64,000 nucleotides of DNA from an uncultured Actinomycetota bacterium. GTDB lineage: Bacteria; Actinomycetota; Actinomycetes; Streptosporangiales; Streptosporangiaceae. The position numbers were made by a program, and so were the translations under genes. The notes under the pieces are model-generated. The model was not told where the DNA came from, searched no databases, and saw nothing but the letters and a program-made list of their open reading frames with translations. Of the stretch, positions 31,038-38,715 are shown piece after piece. The DNA lies in contig CAVSQI010000012.1 in the NCBI GenBank assembly GCA_963730085.1, forward strand, positions 14,466 through 78,465, in the 5' to 3' direction. Position 1 is the first letter of the stretch; the number at the start of each line of letters is the position of its first letter.

Positions 31038-31231
31038 CTGCCGCGGGCCCGCTGCCTGTCTCCGTTCTGATAGGCCTGCGCACAGGCGTGACGGCCGTGG
31101 GCGATCACGGCCCCGTTCCCATCCAAATCCCGCTCGAATGCGGTCGACGCGGGACAACCCAGCCGGCGGAGCTGGGGAGCAGCCCATAGCAGACTCGCCT
31201 GAATACGAAGATCGAAAAGGAACTGACACAA

Positions 31232-31663
31232 ATGCGGATTGACCCGCGTGGACCGCGTTTTGGCGCTCTGGTCACGATGGTGGTTTTTGCCGTCGTTCTG
31301 GCCACGGGCAGTGCCTGGCTTCTCGCCGCCCAGGCAGTCGTGTTCGCCGCGGGCGCGATCTTCGGCGTCGGGTACTCGCCCTATGGACTCGTCTACAAGT
31401 GGCTGGTCAGGCCCCGCCTGAAGCCGCCCGCTGAGCTTGAGGACGCGGCGCCGCCTCGGTTCGCCCAGGCGGTGGGCCTGGTGATTTCGATCGTCGGCAT
31501 TATTGGCTTTGCGGTCGGGCTGCGTCCGCTGGGGCTAATCGCGGCGGCGCTCGGTCTCGTGGCCGCCGTACTGAACGGGGTGTTCGGGATCTGCCTGGGT
31601 TGTGAGCTGTACCTGATCATCCGGCGTGCCTTGCCTGCGCAGGCGGGCGCCGGCCGGAGCTGA
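31232..31663 (+). CDS. DUF4395 domain-containing membrane protein
   Basis: Contains MRIDPRGPRFGALVTMVVF...PPRFAQAVGLV...GICLGCELYLIIRR. Confidence 0.75.
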   Translation: MRIDPRGPRFGALVTMVVFAVVLATGSAWLLAAQAVVFAAGAIFGVGYSPYGLVYKWLVRPRLKPPAELEDAAPPRFAQAVGLVISIVGIIGFAVGLRPLGLIAAALGLVAAVLNGVFGICLGCELYLIIRRALPAQAGAGRS

Positions 31664-31697
31664 CAGACAACTGGCTAGCAAAGAGGAGGAATTGAGC

Positions 31698-32537
31698 ATG
31701 AGCCGTTCCGATGTCCTGGTGGACGCTGATTGGGTCGAGGCCCATCGCGACGACCCTGGTGTCGTCTTGGTCGAAGTGGACGAAGACACCAGCGCCTACG
31801 ACAAGGGCCACATCCGCGGAGCCGTGAAGCTCGACTGGAAGAAGGACCTGCAGGACCCCGTTCGCCGCGACTTCGTCGACCGGGCGGGTTTTGAGGCCCT
31901 GCTGTCGGAGCGCGGCATCTCGAACGACGACACGGTGATCCTGTACGGCGGCAACAACAACTGGTTCGCCGCGTACGCGTACTGGTACTTCAAGCTCTAC
32001 GGCCACAACAACGTCAAGCTGCTGGACGGCGGCCGCAAGAAGTGGGAGCTGGACTCGCGCGAGCTCGTGACCGAGGTGCCGTCGCGCCCGGCTACCAGTT
32101 ACAAGGCGCAAGAGCAGGACAGGTCTATCCGGGCGTTCCGCGATGAGGTGGTCAACGCCATCGGCAGCAAGAACCTGATCGACGTGCGGTCCCCGGACGA
32201 GTTCGCCGGTCGCCTCCTTGCGCCCGCGCACCTTCCGCAGGAGCAGGCACAACGCGGCGGGCACGTGCCGACAGCCAGGAACGTCCCCTGGTCCAAGGCG
32301 GCGGAAGACGACGGCACATTCAAGTCGGATGAAACCCTGCGGACGCTCTACGGTGACGCGGGCGTCGACTTCGCCATCGACACCATCGCTTACTGCCGGA
32401 TCGGCGAGCGCTCGGCTCATACCTGGTTCGTGATGCACGAGCTGCTGGGTCAGCCGAACGTCAAGAACTACGACGGCTCCTGGACCGAGTACGGCTCGCT
32501 GGTCGGCGTTCCGATCAAGCTGGGTGATGAGTCATGA
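31698..32537 (+). CDS. thiosulfate sulfurtransferase (tandem rhodanese)
   Basis: RBS gaggagga precedes the start. Contains LVDADWVEAH...DEDTSAYDKGHIRGAVKLDW...NNWFAAYAYWYFKLYGH and the active-site loop IAYCRIGERSAHTWF. Confidence 0.9.
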   Translation: MSRSDVLVDADWVEAHRDDPGVVLVEVDEDTSAYDKGHIRGAVKLDWKKDLQDPVRRDFVDRAGFEALLSERGISNDDTVILYGGNNNWFAAYAYWYFKLYGHNNVKLLDGGRKKWELDSRELVTEVPSRPATSYKAQEQDRSIRAFRDEVVNAIGSKNLIDVRSPDEFAGRLLAPAHLPQEQAQRGGHVPTARNVPWSKAAEDDGTFKSDETLRTLYGDAGVDFAIDTIAYCRIGERSAHTWFVMHELLGQPNVKNYDGSWTEYGSLVGVPIKLGDES

Positions 32538-32854
32538 GCGAGGCGGCTCAGGCTACCGCGGCGGGATGTGGCGCGCCGGCTGGCGGAGCGCCCGTCAAGG
32601 ATGCTGGCAATCAGGCCATCGTTCAGGGCCGGGTGACCAAGGGCGGGGCCCCGGTGCAGGTCGGATACGCACGGTTGCTCAACTCTGGCGGCGAGTTCGT
32701 GGCCGAGGTGCCGCTGGGGGAGGACGGCGGATTTCGGTTCTTCGCGGCGCCAGGTGACTGGACGCTGCGCGTGCTGGCGCCCGGCGGCATAACCGCCGAT
32801 CGAGGCGTGACCGCGGCGATCGGCGAGATCCGGGAGCTGCAGGTCGCCGTCTAG
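32534..32854 (+). CDS. DUF1416 domain-containing protein (SseC-like)
   Basis: 106-aa protein with IVQGRVTKGGAPVQVGYARLLNSGGEFVAEVPLGEDGGFRFFAAPGDWTLRVL. It overlaps the rhodanese stop, as in the cysA-sseC pairs. Confidence 0.8.
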   Translation: MSEAAQATAAGCGAPAGGAPVKDAGNQAIVQGRVTKGGAPVQVGYARLLNSGGEFVAEVPLGEDGGFRFFAAPGDWTLRVLAPGGITADRGVTAAIGEIRELQVAV

Positions 32855-32910
32855 CTGTCGCCGCAGCTTGCGACGCGGCGGCTTGCACGCGGCAGGACAT
32901 TCCCAGGGGA

Positions 32911-32948
32911 GCGGCTGCCCGGTGAACCACCGGGCAGCCGCTTTCTGG
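32911..32948 (+). terminator. intrinsic terminator after the rhodanese-DUF1416 operon
   Basis: GCGGCTGCCCGGTG, loop aac, CACCGGGCAGCCGC, followed by TTTCTGG. Confidence 0.6.
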
Positions 32949-33268
32949 CTGGGCTTACTAGCCATGCGAGGGGCAGCGATAGCGGCGGGCTGTTCCCCTA
33001 CTTGCCACCTGGCCGTCGAGACTTTCAGCCTGTTGGTTCAACTACCGTTCACTCAGCCCGCCTACAAAGGACCTGGTCGGCCGCCACTTATTCGGTCGGT
33101 CCCGGTCACCGAGAGTCAGGGGCGAGGCAGCGTGCTGCGTGGAGCCTACGAGGTGCAGCGGCAAACCTCGCATATTGCATTTCATGTCGCTGGTCGCGCG
33201 ACACCGGCCGACCACCAAGTGGGCCTGACATCCGCCCTGTCTGTACCGCCCACCGCGAAGTAAACGCC

Positions 33269-34393
33269 ATGGGGACCGCGAACGTCGGCTCGCCAGTGGC
33301 GGCAGACGATAGCGACCCAGGGGGACGGGCCGCCAGACACAGCGACGCCACGTCCGTCGACAGCGCCCGGAGCGACCGGACTGCGACCAGCACCGGCCGG
33401 CGCGGCAGCAGCTCACGAGCATCGCGTCCCGGTCGGCCGGGAAACGGCCAGACGAGGGCCGCGAGGTCCGCGGTCAGTGTGCTCGCCGACCGGCTCGCTG
33501 CAGCGCTGGTACACCACGAGCCCGGCTGGCGGTTGCCCCGGCACTCAGCCCTGGCCCGCCGGTACAACGTCAGCACGGCCGAGATAGAAGCGGCAGTCGA
33601 GGAACTTGTGAACCGGCACCTGGTCCGGCGCCTCGCTGACGGCCAGGTATATCGCGCCAGCCCGGCCGAGTACGTCATCGACCTGGAAGGCATTTCAGGC
33701 CTGGCCACTCGCCTAGACGCCATGGGCGCCGAGTTCGCGTGTCGCAGCCGCCAGCTGAGCTGGCGGCTGCCGCCCGAGGACATCAGCTGGGCGCTCCGGA
33801 TGGAAGCCGATCAGCAAGTCTGCGTTGTCAGGTACCTCTGGACCGCCGATGCCGCGCCCGCCGCACTCCTCACCACTTATGTCCCCGGTGACATCGCGTC
33901 CAAGGCCGACAACGGGCTGACGGCTGCGTCTCCGAGTGTCCTGAACCTCTTCAAGCTCGCCGGCGGACCGGGCGCAGTCTCGGCCGACGTCGTGGCGGCG
34001 GACGCTACGGTCGGCCCCGCGTCAGTCGACGCTCCGAGAGTAGGCGCGGTGGCGGCAGGCGCGGCCACGGTAGGCGCGGCCACGGTAGGCGCGGCGACGG
34101 TAGGCGCGGACGGTAGGCGCGGCGACGGTAGGCGCGGCGACGGCGCGGATCTCGAGCTGCAGGCTCCGCCACCGTCGATCGCGCGCAGCCTTCGCCTCGG
34201 CGCCGGCCAGCCGGCCACGATCGTGACGATCCGGTTTGACGACGTTGCCACCGATCGGCCCATCGCCTTGACAATCGCTGTGCTGCGGCCGGAGATGTTC
34301 CGGCTGGTGCTGGAGAGCCCCTTCCATCCGCCGGCGGATTCGGGCAATCTGACAGGTTCGTGGACACGCGCCGTCGAGGGCTGGGAACCTTGA
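33269..34393 (+). CDS. GntR/HutC-like transcriptional regulator with a long disordered N-terminus and an internal tandem repeat
   Basis: The wHTH is LADRLAAALVHHEPGWRLPRHSALARRYNVSTAEIEAAVEELVNRHLVRRLADGQVYRA. A UTRA-like C-terminal half follows (VCVVRYLW...ATIVTIRFDDVATDRPIALTIAVLRPEMFRLV). Confidence 0.55.
   Translation: MGTANVGSPVAADDSDPGGRAARHSDATSVDSARSDRTATSTGRRGSSSRASRPGRPGNGQTRAARSAVSVLADRLAAALVHHEPGWRLPRHSALARRYNVSTAEIEAAVEELVNRHLVRRLADGQVYRASPAEYVIDLEGISGLATRLDAMGAEFACRSRQLSWRLPPEDISWALRMEADQQVCVVRYLWTADAAPAALLTTYVPGDIASKADNGLTAASPSVLNLFKLAGGPGAVSADVVAADATVGPASVDAPRVGAVAAGAATVGAATVGAATVGADGRRGDGRRGDGADLELQAPPPSIARSLRLGAGQPATIVTIRFDDVATDRPIALTIAVLRPEMFRLVLESPFHPPADSGNLTGSWTRAVEGWEP
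34040..34149 (+). repeat. 15-bp tandem repeat (about 7 units, one unit only 13 bp) inside the GntR-like gene
   Basis: The unit is GTAGGCGCGGC(C/G)ACG. It is read as VGAAT x3, then after the 13-bp unit at 34100-34112 as DGRRG x2. Confidence 0.85.
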
Positions 34394-34400
34394 CTCCGAT

Positions 34401-35783
34401 ATGCGCACGAATGTGGGGATGGCCCGTCGCCGGTCGATGCGCTGGCGTCTTGATGACCACCGCGACCCGGGCGTCGGCTTCCGCCCGGGGGAGTTACCCG
34501 CTGGGCTCGCTACCGCGGCGATCGTGGGCCAGCTTCTGTTCGCTCCCGTGATGCTGCTCGGTGCCATGGCGCTGGTCATCGTCGGCCGCGTGTCCCGCTG
34601 GCGCCCAACTTGGCTCGCGGTGACGACGGCCGCCAGCGTCATCTGGTTATTCGCTAGCGGGCTGCTTCCGCCTGTGGCCGCATTCACGGCGGGGTCACAC
34701 CACTTAGCCAGCTTCGTCCTGGCAGCCGCAACCCACCCGCGAATGTTCGCCCATCCTGGTGTGGTGGTCGCGAAGGCGGCCCAGTGGTCGGCGATGGGGC
34801 TGCTCGTTGCGATCGTCGCCGCGTGTGCCGAGGCGTGGCTCGTGCTGTGGCTTGGCTGGTGGCGGCCGGGCGCGCGGTCGGAATCCCGGTGGGTGTGGCG
34901 GCCCGGCCTCGTAGCTGCCGTGCGCCGCCGGATGTCCGCGGCGGCGCTCAGAGCCGGGCACACAGGCACTCGCGACGGGTGCGCCGTCGGCGTCGCGACC
35001 GAGACCGGCAAGCTAGCGAGCTTCACGTGGGCGGAAGCCATGCACGGCGTACTCCTGACGGGCGCAGACCGCGACGTATCGGGCCTCGCGATTACGTGCG
35101 CAGCGCTCAGGCGCCGCAAGACCGTAGTAGTCCTCGGGTGCGCTGGCCTGTGCGCGGATGCTGGCGCGAACGGCGACCGCGATGCCGTGGCTGACCGCGT
35201 GGTCCGGCTCGCACGATCCTTCAACGTTCCTGTCATCGTGGCCGGCGCTGGCTCCGCTGCTGCGGCCATCGGCCGCGCCATCCGCCGCCGGGAGGCCGTC
35301 CTGATCGCCGCACCCACCGGAGCGCAGGACATGGACAAGATCCGATGCGCCGCCGCCGACCTGACCACGGTGCTCAGCGGCCTGCGGGATCTGGGGTTGC
35401 GGGCCGACTGCCTAGCCTGGCTCGACGGTGTCGAGCTCTTGGATCCCGCGAGCGTGCGCGAGTTGCAGGCGCTCGCCCCGCTGACTGGCGTCGGCATGGT
35501 TTTGAGCACGGCGGATTCCGCCGCCGCCGCGCAGCTGGCGGCCACCACCGCCGTGCTAGCCATCGGCCAGCCCGTCGGCATCGACCTCGAGGTCGCCTTG
35601 GCGGCCCGCCTGCGCGATACGGGCGGATGGGCGCCAGATCCAATCTGGCGCCCAATGAAACAACGCCGGCGCGGGGCTCGCCCGGGCGGGGTCACGATGA
35701 TCGCTTCCTCGTCCGGTCTCGGCGGCTCGCCACGCGCCATCACGCACTGCCGACTTCAGCCGATCACGCAGGCAGACTCGTGA
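34401..35783 (+). CDS. polytopic membrane protein with a degenerate coupling-protein/FtsK-like P-loop domain (component A)
   Basis: About 4 N-terminal TM helices. HGVLLTGADRDVSGLAITCAALRRRKTVVVLGCAG stands where a T4CP has H-hhhh-GxTGSGKT...hhhhDpKG. CLAWLDGVELL stands in place of hhhhDE. It starts 7 nt after the regulator stop. Confidence 0.5.
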   Translation: MRTNVGMARRRSMRWRLDDHRDPGVGFRPGELPAGLATAAIVGQLLFAPVMLLGAMALVIVGRVSRWRPTWLAVTTAASVIWLFASGLLPPVAAFTAGSHHLASFVLAAATHPRMFAHPGVVVAKAAQWSAMGLLVAIVAACAEAWLVLWLGWWRPGARSESRWVWRPGLVAAVRRRMSAAALRAGHTGTRDGCAVGVATETGKLASFTWAEAMHGVLLTGADRDVSGLAITCAALRRRKTVVVLGCAGLCADAGANGDRDAVADRVVRLARSFNVPVIVAGAGSAAAAIGRAIRRREAVLIAAPTGAQDMDKIRCAAADLTTVLSGLRDLGLRADCLAWLDGVELLDPASVRELQALAPLTGVGMVLSTADSAAAAQLAATTAVLAIGQPVGIDLEVALAARLRDTGGWAPDPIWRPMKQRRRGARPGGVTMIASSSGLGGSPRAITHCRLQPITQADS

Positions 35784-37789
35784 GCAGCGTGTGGCCACCA
35801 GTAACTCGAGGCCCGACCGCGCCCTGGCCGCCGCCACGCGGGCGGCTCAGGGCCGATCTGATCTACCTCGGCTGGCAGCCGGTCCCGGCCGTCGCCGAGC
35901 CCGTTCCGCCGCTTCGGCTGAAAGCGTCCGCCGAACCCGACGGCGTCAGCGCGGACTGGATCGCAGCCCAGCGTCGCGAATACAGCAGGCTCTCCCGGCC
36001 GAGCAGGGTGGGTGCCGCAGCCAGCGTCACGGTCGCTGGTGGAATCACCGCGGCCTGGCTGACGGGAGTCGTGGTAGGCGCGTTCGTCCCGCTCGGCGCT
36101 GTCGCGGCCGCGTGCGTAGCCGCCTGGTATGCGCATGCCAGCTGGCGCCAACGCAGGGTGCTCGGCGAGCAGCTGCGCGCCGAGGAACTGCGCGTGGCTG
36201 CGTTCGCCGACGCGCAGCGCAACCAGCTGGCGGCCACTGCGGCGCAGCACGCCCGCGAAGCCAGCGCCTGGAAGCAGCGAAGCACGGCGATGCGACTCCA
36301 GCCGCGCTGGTATCCCGTCACGATGCCGACGACGGTGCACCGCATCGATATAGCTGGCGGAACGCTCGCAGGGTGGTCCGCGGTCCTGACGATGATCGCC
36401 GCACCCCGGCTCGCGGCCGGGGCCGAGGTGACGGTGCTGGATCTCACCGAAGGTGGCGTCGCGACCGACCTCCTCGCGGTCGCTCGCGGGGGCGGGGTCG
36501 CTCCGCTCGTCTGGGTATTGCCCGGCGACCTTCCGCAGCTCGACCTCGGCACGCAACTGGCGCCAGACATCCTGGCTGACGTTCTCGCCCAGACCGTCAA
36601 CGCCGCCGATGGCCCAGCCGGCCCGGGCGCAGCCGTTCGGGCCGACCCGGCCGGCGACGCGGCCCTGATCGCAGGCGTCTTCCAGGCGCTCGGCGGCAAC
36701 GCCACGATGCCGCAGCTAATCGCCGCTTTGCGGGCGCTCGGACAGATCGGCGGTCCAGCGGAGCACCTTGGCCGTGGCGGCCTCGCGCACAACCAGCTGG
36801 CTAGCTTGACCAACCTCGCCGGCCGAGCCGCTGGGCACCTCGCCGCCGAACGGGCCTGGGCCATCGAGGCGCGACTGCGCGCACTCGCGGCGCTGGGAAC
36901 GTCGGCCGTGAGCGTGCCAGCCAGTCGGCTGACGGTGGCCTGGCTCGACCGGCGCGCAGCTGTCGTGACCAACGCAGCGATCAGGGCCTATCTGGCGATC
37001 GCGCTGACGGCGGCGCTTCGGCAGGCGCCTGCGGGCACGTTCTGGCAGCGGACGATCTGCCTGCTCGGCGCTGAGCGACTGCCAGGCGGCGTCCTGGACC
37101 GGCTGTGCGACGCCGCCGAAGTCGCGGGCGCCGGGCTCGTCCTTTGTTACCGCTCGATTCCGCCGCACGTGCGGGAGCGGCTTGGCCGCGGCGACGCCGC
37201 GGTGGGATTCATGCGGCTCGGGAACGCTGACGACGCCCGGTTCGCGGCCGAGCACATCGGAACCGAGCATCGGTTCGTCGTGAGCCAGCTAACCGACACC
37301 GTCGGGTCGTCCGTCACCGACACGCTCGGCATGTCTTACACCAGCACCGTCGGCACGGCCGACTCCGTCACCGGCTCGGACTCGGTCACGCAGACTGCTG
37401 GCCGCAGTCGCGGCCGCCGGACCGGCGCCGTCGGGCCGTCGCCGATCGCCGACGTGAGCGGATCGGCCAGCCTGGATACCAGCGCGTCAGCCGCCGTCTG
37501 CGACTCGCGGTCTATCACCGCCGGTATCAGCACCGGCACGTCCTGGGGCTGGACGACGTCTCGTGCCATCGGCGGCACCGACTCGGCGGGCATGACTATG
37601 CAGCGGTCCCGCGAATCGCTCGTCGAGCAGCACGAGCTTCAGCAGCTACCGCAGAGCGCGGTACTGCTGTGCTACCCGGGACCGGGCGGTCGTGAGGTCC
37701 GACTGGCTGATGCCAATCCGGCCATCATCGGGCTGCCGACCGCGACGCTGGCAGCCCGGCCGCCCCTGCGTGCAGTCTGGCCATCGTGA
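35780..37789 (+). CDS. TraG/VirD4-like coupling-protein homolog with eroded Walker motifs (component B)
   Basis: The GTG start overlaps the stop of A (GTGA). It has a two-TM hairpin and a coiled coil. RIDIAGGTLAGWSAVL...EVTVLDLTEG replaces Walker A, and TICLLGAERL replaces Walker B. The C-terminus RLGNADDARFAAEHIGTE, a Ser/Thr/Gly-rich tract, then LPQSAVLLCYPG resembles T4CP tails. Confidence 0.5.
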   Translation: MSSVWPPVTRGPTAPWPPPRGRLRADLIYLGWQPVPAVAEPVPPLRLKASAEPDGVSADWIAAQRREYSRLSRPSRVGAAASVTVAGGITAAWLTGVVVGAFVPLGAVAAACVAAWYAHASWRQRRVLGEQLRAEELRVAAFADAQRNQLAATAAQHAREASAWKQRSTAMRLQPRWYPVTMPTTVHRIDIAGGTLAGWSAVLTMIAAPRLAAGAEVTVLDLTEGGVATDLLAVARGGGVAPLVWVLPGDLPQLDLGTQLAPDILADVLAQTVNAADGPAGPGAAVRADPAGDAALIAGVFQALGGNATMPQLIAALRALGQIGGPAEHLGRGGLAHNQLASLTNLAGRAAGHLAAERAWAIEARLRALAALGTSAVSVPASRLTVAWLDRRAAVVTNAAIRAYLAIALTAALRQAPAGTFWQRTICLLGAERLPGGVLDRLCDAAEVAGAGLVLCYRSIPPHVRERLGRGDAAVGFMRLGNADDARFAAEHIGTEHRFVVSQLTDTVGSSVTDTLGMSYTSTVGTADSVTGSDSVTQTAGRSRGRRTGAVGPSPIADVSGSASLDTSASAAVCDSRSITAGISTGTSWGWTTSRAIGGTDSAGMTMQRSRESLVEQHELQQLPQSAVLLCYPGPGGREVRLADANPAIIGLPTATLAARPPLRAVWPS

Positions 37790-37821
37790 TGGCGCCAAGC
37801 CCGTCTGTCAGGATGTAGTCC

Positions 37822-38652
37822 ATGCTGAGACAGTTCCGCGAGGTGGACGTCTTCACCGACGTGCCGTACCAGGGCAACCCGCTAGCGGTTGTGCTCGGGG
37901 CTGACGGCCTGACCACTGAGCAGATGCAGCGGTTCGCCAACTGGACCAACCTGTCAGAGACCACGTTTGTCCTTGAGCCGAACGCCAGTGCGGCGGATTA
38001 CCGGGTGCGGATCTTCACGCCAAGCCAGGAACTGCCGTTCGCCGGCCATCCGACGCTCGGTACGTGTCATGCCTGGCTGGAAGCTGGTGGCGCACCGCGC
38101 ATCCGCGGAGTGATGATTCAGCAGTGCGAAGCGGGGCTCGTGACCGTCAGCGCCGACGAAGACGGCTTGAAGTTTGGCGCGCCCCCGCTCATCCGCTCGG
38201 GTCCAGTGGATGAGCAGCTCGCCCGGCACATCGCGGAGATACTCGGGGTCAGTCGCGACGAGATCGTCGACGTGCAGTGGGCCGACAATGGCCCGGGCTG
38301 GATCGCCGTACTTCTCGCCAGCGCCGACGCCGTACTCGCGGTCAAGCCTGGGCCGACCGACTTGGATCTCGGCATCGCCGGGGCTTACCCACCCGGTGGG
38401 CCAGCGGCGTTTGAGGTGCGTGCCTTCGTGCCGAAGAACGGCAGCACAGACGAGGATCCCGTCACCGGCAGCCTCAATGCCTCGCTAGCGCAATGGCTGA
38501 TCGCCACCGGCCGCGCCGACCCGCCGTATGTGGTCAGACAAGGAACTGCCCTGGGCCGCCGTGGCCTCGTGCGGATTTCTACCGACGCCGACGGCCAGGT
38601 CTGGGTTGGCGGCGGCACCATCACGTGCGTCTCTGGCACGGTGGACATCTAA
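37822..38652 (+). CDS. PhzF family isomerase
   Basis: Contains MLRQFREVDVFTDVPYQGNPLAVVLGADGLTTEQMQRFANWTNLSETTFV...FAGHPTLGT...EDPVTGSLNASLAQW. Confidence 0.85.
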   Translation: MLRQFREVDVFTDVPYQGNPLAVVLGADGLTTEQMQRFANWTNLSETTFVLEPNASAADYRVRIFTPSQELPFAGHPTLGTCHAWLEAGGAPRIRGVMIQQCEAGLVTVSADEDGLKFGAPPLIRSGPVDEQLARHIAEILGVSRDEIVDVQWADNGPGWIAVLLASADAVLAVKPGPTDLDLGIAGAYPPGGPAAFEVRAFVPKNGSTDEDPVTGSLNASLAQWLIATGRADPPYVVRQGTALGRRGLVRISTDADGQVWVGGGTITCVSGTVDI

Positions 38653-38715
38653 CCGAGTGTCACAATTCCCCGCAATCCGGTAGCACGTCGCCAGCCGGCC
38701 TGGTAAGCACGCAGC

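Noticed and set aside
31034-31231. 65-aa minus-strand ORF in the thioredoxin/DUF4395 spacer
   Set aside because: It has no RBS and no motifs, and it overlaps the region better explained as a 5' leader of the DUF4395 operon. Its coding bias is poor.
34040-34149. Tandem repeat considered as a possible CRISPR array
   Set aside because: The units are contiguous 15-mers with no spacers, they lie inside an open reading frame, and no cas genes are present in the window.
34022-35743. 573-aa minus-strand ORF opposite component A
   Set aside because: It has a Ser/Ala/Arg/Pro-rich low-complexity translation and no motif. The plus-strand ORF has TM helices and coupled start/stop signals. Treated as a shadow ORF.
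35345-35779. Upstream extension of the ORF encoding component B (814-aa version)
   Set aside because: It overlaps the 3' end of component A in another frame with an Arg-rich translation. The GTG at 35780, overlapping A's stop, is the more plausible coupled start.
35863-36972. 369-aa minus-strand ORF opposite component B
   Set aside because: Same reasoning. It has an Ala/Arg/Ser/Pro-rich composition typical of antisense frames in high-GC DNA.
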